A DNA stretch of 64,000 nucleotides, from the NCBI GenBank assembly GCA_038321985.1, contig JBBQFN010000008.1, forward strand, positions 125,629-189,628, written 5' to 3'. This document shows positions 29,261-39,300 of this stretch, piece after piece (position 1 is the first letter of the stretch; each line of letters begins with the position of its first letter). The notes beneath the pieces are model-generated. The model made no database searches and was not told the DNA's origin. It saw nothing but the letters and a program-made list of their open reading frames with translations. The translations under genes and the position numbers were made by a program. The stretch comes from Cyanophyceae cyanobacterium. Its GTDB lineage: Bacteria > Cyanobacteriota > Cyanobacteriia > Cyanobacteriales > Laspinemataceae.

Positions 29261-30526
29261 ATGTCACGATTTTATAGGCTTCTGTGCCAGTGGGCGATCG
29301 TCTTGCTCCTGGTTTTCAGCATCACCGCCTGCGGCAACTCCCCGGGTGAGGAGGTTACTACTCTCACCCTCAGTGGGTGGCAAAGCAGCCCTGTAGAAAA
29401 ACAGCTTCTCGAACAGCTACTCCAGGACTTTGAAGCCACCCACCCGCAGATTAAAGTCAACTATGAAGTAATCACCGATCAGTATTCTGACGTGATCAAA
29501 ACGCGGTTAATTGGGGATGCGGCTCCGGATATCTTTTATTTAGATACCCTAGAAGCACCTTTACTGATGCATCGCGGGGTTTTAGAACCTTTAGATCGCT
29601 ATATTCCCCCAGAATTTAATCTGGGAGATTTTCAACCGGCGATGCTTAATGCCTTTAAATCTGAGGGAAAACTTTATGGTTTACCGAAAGATTTTTCTAC
29701 CCTGGCGCTCTATTACAATACCGAATATTTTGAACAAGCCGGGTTAAAGGAACCTCCTAAAACTTGGGCGCAATTACAGGAGTATTCCGAGAAATTAACG
29801 GTTAGACGCAGCCGCGATCGACGCATCCAGCGTTATGGATATGGCATGGTTCCGGAATTAACCCGTCAAGCCTTTGTGATTCGCGCCTTTGGAGGTCAAT
29901 TTGTCGATCGCAAAGGATTCGCCGCATTTGCCCACCCTAAAGCCTTAAAAGGACTTACACCTGTTATCGAACAATATCAACAAGCACGAACCGCAGGCAT
30001 CCCTTCCGATACCGGCGCAAGTAACCTCAGCGAAATGTTTGGACAGGGAAAAGCGGCCATGGTTCTCGATGGCAATTGGGCCATTCCTTATCTACAAGAA
30101 ACTTTCCCAAACCTCAAATTTGCGATCGCCCCCGTCCCCACAATTAACGGGAAAAAAGGCACAATGGCATTTACTGTGGCTTATGTGATGAACAAACAAT
30201 CCACCCACAAAGATGAAGCCTGGGAACTGATTTCTTATCTGACCGGAAAAGAAGGCATGAAAGCCTGGGCAAATGGCGGATTGATTTTGCCCACCCGCAA
30301 ATCCCTCCTCGTACAACTGGGATATGTTAATAATCCCCTCTATGCTCCCTTTGTCACCGGGACAGAAGATGCCACACTCTGGCAAGCGGGAGAAAATTTA
30401 TCCCTAGTTAACCAAAATTTTAATAATCAGTTTCTCAGTGCTTTATTAGGGGAACAATCTCTATCAGAGGCAATGAAAAAAGCCCAAGCCACGGCCAATC
30501 AAGAAATCCAATCTAGTCGCTATTAA
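29261..30526 (+). CDS. Carbohydrate ABC transporter substrate-binding lipoprotein
   Basis: Lipobox ITAC, GKLYGLP, LYYN and GKAAM motifs. Confidence 0.9.
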   Translation: MSRFYRLLCQWAIVLLLVFSITACGNSPGEEVTTLTLSGWQSSPVEKQLLEQLLQDFEATHPQIKVNYEVITDQYSDVIKTRLIGDAAPDIFYLDTLEAPLLMHRGVLEPLDRYIPPEFNLGDFQPAMLNAFKSEGKLYGLPKDFSTLALYYNTEYFEQAGLKEPPKTWAQLQEYSEKLTVRRSRDRRIQRYGYGMVPELTRQAFVIRAFGGQFVDRKGFAAFAHPKALKGLTPVIEQYQQARTAGIPSDTGASNLSEMFGQGKAAMVLDGNWAIPYLQETFPNLKFAIAPVPTINGKKGTMAFTVAYVMNKQSTHKDEAWELISYLTGKEGMKAWANGGLILPTRKSLLVQLGYVNNPLYAPFVTGTEDATLWQAGENLSLVNQNFNNQFLSALLGEQSLSEAMKKAQATANQEIQSSRY

Positions 30527-30616
30527 AGATTGGAATCAGGGCAGCAATGCAGTCGGAGCCAGTGGTAAAGAAAGACATTAAAAAAGGTACTTCCTCCACC
30601 CTTTTTTCCTTGACCT

Positions 30617-31570
30617 ATGACCCATACCCCCCTTAAACCCATGCCAACTCAGTCGCTCACTCCAGAGACTTCCCTGCCTAAAAAAGCCCGGAATTATCAG
30701 CGGTCAACTTCCCTATCCGGTTATCTATTCATGACCCCCGCCTTGATGATTTTAGGGGTGTTTTTGGGGCTACCCATTTTGTATGCAATTTTCCTCTCTT
30801 TTCACAAGGTAGAAATTTTAGGAGAAATGAGTTATCGCTTCGTTCACCTGCGAAATTTTACTCGGCTGATGGACGATGAACGGGTAGGGATTGCCCTAAA
30901 AAATACGGCGGAATATGTGTTAATTGTCGTTCCGATTCAGACTATTCTAGCTTTGATGTTAGCCTTGGTTCTCAACGCCCAAATTCGCGGAAAAAACCTG
31001 TTTCGGGTGATGTTTTTCCTACCGACGATTACCTCATCTGCGGTGTTAACCCTAATTTTTATGTGGATTTACAACGCGGATGGATTACTCAATTATTTTT
31101 TAGAGGGGTTGGGTTTACCGACTTACAATTGGTTAGGAGACCCAAATATTGCGCTTAAATCAATTATGCTCATGAATATTTGGGCAACTGCCCCATTTTT
31201 TATGGTGATTTATTTGGCTGCCCTCCAGGATATTCCCGAGTCACTTTATGAGGCGGCAAAAATTGATGGGGCGAATGGGGGCGATCGCTTTTTTAATATT
31301 ACCTTGCCCTTACTCAAACCCGTGACTTTCTTTATCGTGGTTATGGGGATTATCGGCACCTTTCAACTCTTTGACCAATCCTATATTTTCTCCGGGGGGT
31401 CTGGGGGTCCTAACAACTCTACTTTAACCGTTGTGCTGCTGATTTATCAGTATGCGTTTAAGAGTTTAGAGATGGGATATGCCGCAGCTTTAGCCCTATT
31501 ATTAGCAACGGCGATCGTCTTAGCCACCCTCGTGCAACGGTATTTATTTAAAGAAGAGGTGCCTCAGTAA
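30617..31570 (+). CDS. Carbohydrate ABC transporter permease (MalF-like)
   Basis: EAA loop LQDIPESLYEAAKIDGA and ITLPLLKP. Confidence 0.92.
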   Translation: MTHTPLKPMPTQSLTPETSLPKKARNYQRSTSLSGYLFMTPALMILGVFLGLPILYAIFLSFHKVEILGEMSYRFVHLRNFTRLMDDERVGIALKNTAEYVLIVVPIQTILALMLALVLNAQIRGKNLFRVMFFLPTITSSAVLTLIFMWIYNADGLLNYFLEGLGLPTYNWLGDPNIALKSIMLMNIWATAPFFMVIYLAALQDIPESLYEAAKIDGANGGDRFFNITLPLLKPVTFFIVVMGIIGTFQLFDQSYIFSGGSGGPNNSTLTVVLLIYQYAFKSLEMGYAAALALLLATAIVLATLVQRYLFKEEVPQ

Positions 31571-31643
31571 TTAAAATAAACTGCTTGTCAAATTACCCAG
31601 AGATACCCCCCCGCCCCTCTTCTGAAGGGGGAGTTTCAGAAGG

Positions 31644-32507
31644 ATGCAAAAAGTCTCATCAGTAGGAGCGTTAAGAAGCATGAAGCGAATTTCTGGATTA
31701 AAAGTTCTGCTGTACGGATTTTTAATTTTGTACGCAATTATCACCTTTATTCCCTTTGGATGGGCGATGTCTGCCTCCTTTAAACCCTTAGCAGAAATTG
31801 TAGAAGGGGGGATGAATTTTATTCCCCAGAATTTTACCCTAGAAAACTATCAAGCTATCTTTACCCGAGAGCGACTTTTTGGGCGTTGGTTGTTCAATAG
31901 TGCATTTGTAGCAGTCTGCATAACTGGGTTTAATATCGTCTTTAATTCTATGGCAGGATACGCCCTAGCCCGAATTCCCTTCCGGGGAAATCGGATTGTA
32001 TTTGGAATGATTTTAGCCGTATTAATGATTCCGGGACAAATTACCTTAATTCCGACGTTTTTAATCCTGAAATCTTTGGGATGGTTGAATACTTACCAGG
32101 GCTTAATCGTTCCGAGTATGGTTAATGCTACGTTTATTTTTATGATGCGTCAGTTCTTTGTAAATTTCCCGAAGGAACTAGAGGAAGCTGCCGCCTTGGA
32201 TGGGTTGAATTCTTGGCAAACCTTTTGGAAAGTGGTCATGCCCCTAGCAAAACCGGCCCTAGCAGCCCAAGCTATTTTTATTTTTATGGGAAGCTGGAAT
32301 AATTTTTTCATGCCTTTGATTGTGGTGTCCAGTCAAGATATGTTTACGTTACCTTTGGGGTTAAATACATTTAAGGGTCAATATATTAGTTATTGGAACT
32401 ATATCATGGCCGCTTCAATGGTGTTTACTTTACCGGCCCTAGCCATTTATGCATTTTTCAATCGTTATTTTGTCCAGGGTGTGACTTTTACAGGCAATAA
32501 AGGGTGA
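31644..32507 (+). CDS. Carbohydrate ABC transporter permease (MalG-like)
   Basis: AGYALAR, FPKELEEAAALDG and WNNF motifs. The start may be the downstream ATG at 31680. Confidence 0.92.
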   Translation: MQKVSSVGALRSMKRISGLKVLLYGFLILYAIITFIPFGWAMSASFKPLAEIVEGGMNFIPQNFTLENYQAIFTRERLFGRWLFNSAFVAVCITGFNIVFNSMAGYALARIPFRGNRIVFGMILAVLMIPGQITLIPTFLILKSLGWLNTYQGLIVPSMVNATFIFMMRQFFVNFPKELEEAAALDGLNSWQTFWKVVMPLAKPALAAQAIFIFMGSWNNFFMPLIVVSSQDMFTLPLGLNTFKGQYISYWNYIMAASMVFTLPALAIYAFFNRYFVQGVTFTGNKG

Positions 32508-32623
32508 AGGTTCGGTTAAATCTGAGGAAGGATTGTAGAGATAAAAAGTGGGGCATCTGTGCGAATGAAAGTCACGATAGCAAGTCGGGATACCGAACAA
32601 TTGGGAATGATTAGTTGGGAGAT

Positions 32624-33910
32624 TTATAGTAATTTTTTAGGGGGATTAATAGGAATTATGACTGCGAATTCTGTATCCTGACCCGGTTCGGAATGCACTT
32701 CTAAATTTCCCCCATGTTTATCGACGATAACTTGATAGGAAATGGTTAAACCGAGTCCCTTTCCGGCCCCCACATCTTTCGTGGTAAAAAACGGATTAAA
32801 AATATTCGGCAGTATCTCTTTGGGAATGCCGATGCCATTATCTAAAATTCGGATCACGGCATGGGAAGGGGTGCGATCGCCGGTTAAAGTCTCTGCTTCC
32901 GTAAGGATTTCCGTACAGATCCGAATCCGGGGCGGTGCCGGGTTGTCTTCGGGTTGATTTTTTCGGTGTTGGACTGCATCGATCGCATTATTAAGCAGGT
33001 GAAAAAACACTTGATTGATATCGCTGGCATAGCATTCCACCCGGGGCAATTCTCCGTACTCAATCTGCGTTTCAATTCCCTCTAAACGGCCCTTTAAAAT
33101 TGACAGAGTGCTATCTAAACCTTCATGAAGATCGACATCCTTAATCTGGGCTTCATCCAGGTGAGAAAAGGTCCGTAAAGATTCTACAATTTCCCGAATC
33201 CGCTTGGCCCCTCGTCTCATGGATTCGACCAGGGGAGGGAAATCCGCCATTAAAAACTCTAAATCTAATTCATCCGCTGCTTCTTTTACTTCCGGCAGGG
33301 GATTGGGATAGGTTTTTTGAAATAATTTAACAAAATCTAGTAAGTCTCGAATATATTTTGCAGCATGATTAAGATTGCCATCAATAAAAGTAACGGGATT
33401 ATTAATTTCATGGGCAATTCCCGCCACCATTTGCCCAATTGATGACATTTTTTCACTTTGAATTAGTTGGGCTTGAGTGTGTTGGAGGTCCCGCAATGTT
33501 TGACTGAGTTGTTGATTAGATTCGCTCAATTGTTGCTGGGAATGATACAATCTGAGTCCGGCCCGTACCCGTGCTAAGAGTTCGGCTGGATTGACAGGTT
33601 TGGAGAGAAAATCATCGGCCCCGGCATCAAGTCCTTGAACGCGATCGTCTAAATCAACTTTGGAAGTCAGCAAAATAAAAAAGGTTTGGGCTAAGTCCGG
33701 ATCCAATTTCACCAATCGACAGACTTCAACTCCATCCAGATAAGGCATAATCCAGTCACAAATAATTAAAGCGGGATGTAACTGGGCCGCTAATTTTAAC
33801 CCTTCTTCTCCATCTTTAGCAACGGTGACTTCATGACCTTCTAATTTTAGGTCTCTTTTAAGGAGCAAACGAGTAGCCGAATCATCATCTATGACTAAAA
33901 TTTTATCCAT
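32624..33910 (-). CDS. Receiver-histidine kinase (REC-HisKA-HATPase)
   Basis: ILVIDDD and ICDWIMP receiver. H-box AGIAHEINNP, with NNAIDA, DNGIG and GKGLGL boxes. Confidence 0.92.
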   Translation of the reverse strand: MDKILVIDDDSATRLLLKRDLKLEGHEVTVAKDGEEGLKLAAQLHPALIICDWIMPYLDGVEVCRLVKLDPDLAQTFFILLTSKVDLDDRVQGLDAGADDFLSKPVNPAELLARVRAGLRLYHSQQQLSESNQQLSQTLRDLQHTQAQLIQSEKMSSIGQMVAGIAHEINNPVTFIDGNLNHAAKYIRDLLDFVKLFQKTYPNPLPEVKEAADELDLEFLMADFPPLVESMRRGAKRIREIVESLRTFSHLDEAQIKDVDLHEGLDSTLSILKGRLEGIETQIEYGELPRVECYASDINQVFFHLLNNAIDAVQHRKNQPEDNPAPPRIRICTEILTEAETLTGDRTPSHAVIRILDNGIGIPKEILPNIFNPFFTTKDVGAGKGLGLTISYQVIVDKHGGNLEVHSEPGQDTEFAVIIPINPPKKLL

Positions 33911-34046
33911 GCGTTTAAAATGCGTGGCTCACAATTTTAAGAAGTTCATTAATTTTATAATCATAACTGAAAAACAGCAGAGAATGTCTTCTAAACCGGA
34001 GTTAGAATAGAAAGAAACATCCAGAGTCCGGGGGGAGGGTTGATAC

Positions 34047-36134
34047 TTATTCTTCTGCTTTTTTGCCGGGACAGATTTCCAGAATTTCATCAGCCAGGGG
34101 GCGGGAGATTTCCAACTGGGGGAAACGAGGTAAAATGACGGTTAAGGTTGTGCCTCCCGGTTGTTTTTCATTTCCTACTTCACTGGTAACAAAAATTTCC
34201 CCCCCATGAATTTCTACACATTTTTTTACGATCGCCAATCCCATCCCGGTCCCCGAAATATTGCCTACATTCCGACATCGATGGAAGGGTTCAAATAGAT
34301 GAGGTAGGTCTTCTGGGGGAATGCCAATCCCCTGGTCTTTGATTTGAAAGACGGCGAAATTGTGGCGATCGCCCAGTTCCAATTGAACCGCCATCCCTTC
34401 GGGGGAATATTTGAGGGCATTCGAGACTAAATTGGTGAGGATGTGACGGAGCAACTTTTCATCCATACAGGCGGAGAGACTCTGTTGAGGAAGAATTAAC
34501 TCAATCCCATGCACGCCGTTATCGATAAACTGCATATCCTCGACCAATTGCTGACAAAATTTACACAATTCTAAGGGATTCCGGTTGCATTGCAAGTTTC
34601 CTGATTCCGCACGACCGATTAAAAGGACGTCATCGATCATTTGGGTCATATTAATAGAAACACTTTGAATGCGTTGGATGGATTGTACTTTTTTGTCGGC
34701 TTTAGAGTCGGGAAAATCTTCTTGATAATATTCCAGCAAGTCAGCGGAAGAGAGAATGGTAGTGAGGGGGGTGCGAAATTCATGGGATACCATGGATACA
34801 AAGTGACTTTTTAATTCATTGAGTTCTTTTTCTTTCGCTAGGGCTTTTAGGGTTTCTTCTTCCGCTTGCTTGCGTTCGGTGATATCGCGGCCTACTGCCT
34901 GAAACTCAACAAGTTCAGTACCCAAAAAGACGGCACGTTCGGTCCACTGATGCCATCGCACATCTCCATTGGGTAAAACTGCCGGTTCTTCTCGGTTAAT
35001 GACGGGAAAGTTGACAAAATCGCGGTCAAAGTCGGGACGAAAGGGAACCTGAGACCCATCCATCAGTTCTTCTCGAGTCATACGGAAATACCGACAGTAG
35101 GCGTCATTGACAAAAGTTACGGTGCCGTCTGGGGCAAAGCGACAGATAAATTCGGTTTGGTCCTCGACGATCGCTCGATAGCGAGCTTCACTCGCTCGCA
35201 GGGCGACTAGGGCGGCGGATCGATCGCGGTGCAAGCAAATCGCCGCTGCCGCTGCCCGCAAAATGGGAATCAGCGAATCCAACGAGGCGATCGCACAATT
35301 GTCGAACCCGACAAATCCTACTAATTCACCTTTCAAGGTCAGCGGTAACATCAATATCGAATCCAGATTTCCTTGCTCTAAAACCTCTCGTTCCCCTTCG
35401 GGAAACTCTCTCACTTTTCCCGCCACGATTTCCCCCCTAGTGAAGGCGTCAATCCAGCGCGAAGGGAACGGCTGAGGAGGAAATGAAGACGGCTTACCCT
35501 CTGGAGGAATCGCTTCAGTCCGGTTGCGGGTGCGATCGCCTGCCAGCCACTCGCACAATAGCAACGGCTCGATTCCCGCACTATCCTGGTACAATTCCCC
35601 CATATAAGCACGGCTGGCTTGAGCCGCTTGTCCAAGGGGGGCGAGCAACTGAATATAGGAAGAACTCACGTCTTTTGAGGGGGAATCTACTGCACTTAAT
35701 AACTGTTGTTGGACTTCTACCAGAGCGGATAACTGTTGATTAGCTTGGCTTAATTGTTGGGTTAACTGGCGCAGTCGCAATCCGGCCCGAACCCGAGCCA
35801 GTAACTCATCACTTTCTATCGGTTTGGAAAGAAATTCATCGGCTCCCGAATCGAGACCTTGAATCCGATCATCGACTTGCCCACGCACCGTTAAAAGGAT
35901 AAAAAAGGTGGTTGCTAAGATTGGGTCAGCTTTGATGCGCCGGCAGACTTCGACCCCATCAACTAGAGGCATCATCCAGTCGCAAACTATTAAATCAGGA
36001 TGCAGTTCTTGTGCCAGTCGCAGTCCTTCGGCTCCATTTTTAGCTAAAGAAACATCATATCCCTGCATTTGGAGGTTTCGTTTAAGGAGTAAGCGAGTTA
36101 CCCCATCATCATCTATAACAAGTATTTTGGACAT
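34047..36134 (-). CDS. Receiver-GAF-PAS histidine kinase
   Basis: MSKILVIDDD receiver (start 36134 preferred over TTG 36251), GAF, PAS, SHEFRTPL, NALKYS and GTGMGL. Confidence 0.9.
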   Translation of the reverse strand: MSKILVIDDDGVTRLLLKRNLQMQGYDVSLAKNGAEGLRLAQELHPDLIVCDWMMPLVDGVEVCRRIKADPILATTFFILLTVRGQVDDRIQGLDSGADEFLSKPIESDELLARVRAGLRLRQLTQQLSQANQQLSALVEVQQQLLSAVDSPSKDVSSSYIQLLAPLGQAAQASRAYMGELYQDSAGIEPLLLCEWLAGDRTRNRTEAIPPEGKPSSFPPQPFPSRWIDAFTRGEIVAGKVREFPEGEREVLEQGNLDSILMLPLTLKGELVGFVGFDNCAIASLDSLIPILRAAAAAICLHRDRSAALVALRASEARYRAIVEDQTEFICRFAPDGTVTFVNDAYCRYFRMTREELMDGSQVPFRPDFDRDFVNFPVINREEPAVLPNGDVRWHQWTERAVFLGTELVEFQAVGRDITERKQAEEETLKALAKEKELNELKSHFVSMVSHEFRTPLTTILSSADLLEYYQEDFPDSKADKKVQSIQRIQSVSINMTQMIDDVLLIGRAESGNLQCNRNPLELCKFCQQLVEDMQFIDNGVHGIELILPQQSLSACMDEKLLRHILTNLVSNALKYSPEGMAVQLELGDRHNFAVFQIKDQGIGIPPEDLPHLFEPFHRCRNVGNISGTGMGLAIVKKCVEIHGGEIFVTSEVGNEKQPGGTTLTVILPRFPQLEISRPLADEILEICPGKKAEE

Positions 36135-36345
36135 GAGCAGTTGTCGGGGGTTCGGTTTAGAGGGCGGGGATTGAGCGGCAAGTGGAAAGGATGGTATGGG
36201 GAATTTAAATAGAATCAGTTTAAATTTAGAGCTTTTCTGATTGTTATTCAACTCTCCATCTGCTCTTGAAAATTATTGGGGATGCCTTCAACTCCTGTTG
36301 AAGTTAGCACCAATTTCCAGGAGAATACCCGTTTTTTGCCCCGGT

Positions 36346-39300
36346 TTAGACCTGCCAATCGTTCACCCATTTCTCAATTTGGTTTAAGATCTTTTCCAGT
36401 TGTAACACAAGTTCCCCGGCCTCTTCAAAATTAGTTTTTTTAGCTTGCTTTTCTAGATTCGCGGCTAATTCTGGCATGGCGATCGCGGCGATCGTAGCGC
36501 TTCCTCCTTGGATTTGATGTGCCTTGCGCTCTAGGCTCAATCCATCACGCTGCGTCACGGCTTGACTTGCATCTTGGAGATATAGTTTACAATCTTCGAT
36601 AAATGCGGTGAGTAATTCCCCGGCAAAGGCGCGATCGCCTCGGGCAATGACTAGAAGCTGATTTTCATCAATAGGCAGTTCCCCGGAATCTGAAGGGAAT
36701 TGGGGGATGAAGCCAGGGGACGAGTCCGCTGCGAGTCCCTCCTGGGTCTGAATTGGGGAGAACTCAGGGGCGATCGCACTCCCTTCGGTCCGGCGGTGCC
36801 ATTGAGCGATCGCCCGTTGTAAATCTTCTACAGAAACAGGTTTCGTAAGGTAATCATCCATCCCCGCCGCCAGACATTTTTGGCGATCGCCTTCCATTGC
36901 ATAGGCAGTCAACCCAATCACCACCGTATGTCGGCGCTCTCCTTCTTCCTGGCGAATCGTGCGGGTGGCATCATACCCATCTAATACCGGCATCTGACAA
37001 TCCATAAACACGATATCATACTCTTGTTCTTTCATTTTGTCAAGCGCCTCTTGTCCATCATTCGCACAATCGGCCTGAAATCCTAGGGAATCTAACTGAT
37101 TGAGAACAACTTTTTGATTAATTCGGGTATCTTCCACCAATAAAATTTTCAGGGCATATTGTTGGTTGCTGGCCTTAATTTTAGCCTGAAAATTAGAAAT
37201 TGTAGCGGAAATATCCGAGGCAGAAACCTCCTGAAACCCCGCCCTTATCCCTCGAATCAAACATTCAAGCAAGCGCGATTCTTTCACAGGCTTAATCAAA
37301 TAGGCAGAAAATCCTAAATCTAAAAATTGTTGAGCGTGATTGCTCTCATTAATAGAAGTCATCATAATTAACGAAGTGTTGGCTAAAACCGGTTCGCTGA
37401 GGATAAGCTGTCCTAGAATTTCACCATCCATTTTTGGCATCTGCATATCCAACAAAGCCAGATCAAAAGGACTGCCCTCATTTACGGCTTTTCGTAAAAG
37501 TTTAATGGCCTCTAAGCCATCCTCAGCTTCCGATACCTCCATCCGCCAGTGACTCGCTTGCTGATGTACAACTTGGCGATTAATGGGAGAATCATCAACA
37601 ATTAAAAGTTTTTTTCCGTGGAGAATGGAGCAGGACGCATCCAGGGATGACGGCTGAGTAAACCCAAGGTTAAAATTGCCAGTTTCGACCCGTTCAAATT
37701 GCACTTTAAACCAGAAGGTTGAACCCATGCCAACTTGACTTTCAACCCCAATTTCGCCTCCCATAAGCTGGCTTAATTGCTTACATATCGCTAACCCTAA
37801 GCCAGTGCCTCCATATTTACGGGTTGTGGAAGCGTCAACTTGAGAAAAGGATTGAAACAGTTTATTGCGATCGCTCGGGGCAATACCAATGCCACTATCT
37901 CGAACCGAAAAAATTAGGGTAATGGGTGAAACTACAGCCGTCGGGTTCTGTGCCCCTTCCCTTGGTGGTTCCGCCCAGGTAACCGTAATCACCACTTCTC
38001 CTCGTTGAGTAAATTTAATGGCATTGCCCAGGAGATTGGTGAGAATTTGCCGCAGGCGACTGGCATCTCCTTTCAGATATCGTGGAACATCAGGGGCAAC
38101 GAGTACGGCTAGTTCTATCTTTTTAGAAGCGGCAGACATCGCAAACAAATCAATCGCATCTTCTAGGGTGCGATTCAAGTCAAACTCATGGCAATCTAGG
38201 CGCATCTCTCCGGCTTCAAGTTTAGAAAAATCGAGAATATCGTCAATCAGGGTTAATAAATTTTCCCCGCTAATTTTAAGGGTTTGTAAGAAGTCCCTTT
38301 GTTGCGCTGTGAGTTCGGTTCGCAAGAGTAATTCAGTCATGCCTAAAACTCCATTCATGGGAGTCCGAATTTCATGGCTCATGTTAGCGAGAAATTGCGA
38401 TTTGAGCCGGGCCGCTTCTAGGGCTTGTTCTCGGGCCTCAACTAATTCATTGATCGCAATACTCACAATGACGATCCCCCCGACTTCAGTTTGATCGGAA
38501 TACCAGGGATGAATGGCCCAACTCACATAACAGTGGCTACCATCGGCATTTTCCCATAAATCTTCGGAACTCGACATCACCGTTCCCGTGAGTGCCTGCT
38601 GATAAATGCTTCTCCAGCGTGTACCCACATGGGGGAAAATCTCATAATAGCTGCACCCTAAAAGTGAATGTTCCGTGAGATCATAATCTAGACACCAGCG
38701 ATCGCTGTAGGCGAGATAGCGCATTTCGCGATCAAACATTGCCATCGCGACGGGAGCATAAGTGACGATTTGCCGCAATTGCTGGCGTTCTTGTTCCAGT
38801 GCTGCTTCGTACCCCTTGTGCTCCGTAATATCTGTAGCGAGTCCATCGATACGCACGGGAGTTCCAGAGGCGTCATAAATGATTCGGGCGCGATCGCGCA
38901 GCCACCGAATTTCCCCATCGGGTCGCACAATCCGGTATTCTATATCTTTACTTTCGATCAAGGGAAGCGTTTGGAAAAATGTTTGTAGTTTCTCGTAGTC
39001 TTCTGGATGAATCAGTTCGGCCCAGAGATTGGGATTATTCAAGAACTCCTTGATCGTCCGACCATAAATTTTCTCTGCCGCCTGATTCATATATAAAAGA
39101 GTCCGGTTAGGCAGGGAAACGGACCACAATATATCATCAATAGAACTCAGAATGTTATCAAGACGAGTGCTCGTTTCAACCCAGGCGGATTCAGCAAGTT
39201 TGAGATCACTGATGTCGGCCCAATATCCAATGATTTCCAGAGGGTTTCCGGCTTCATCCCGGACTAATTTTTGTTCGTCCCGCATCCATCGCCATTCCCC

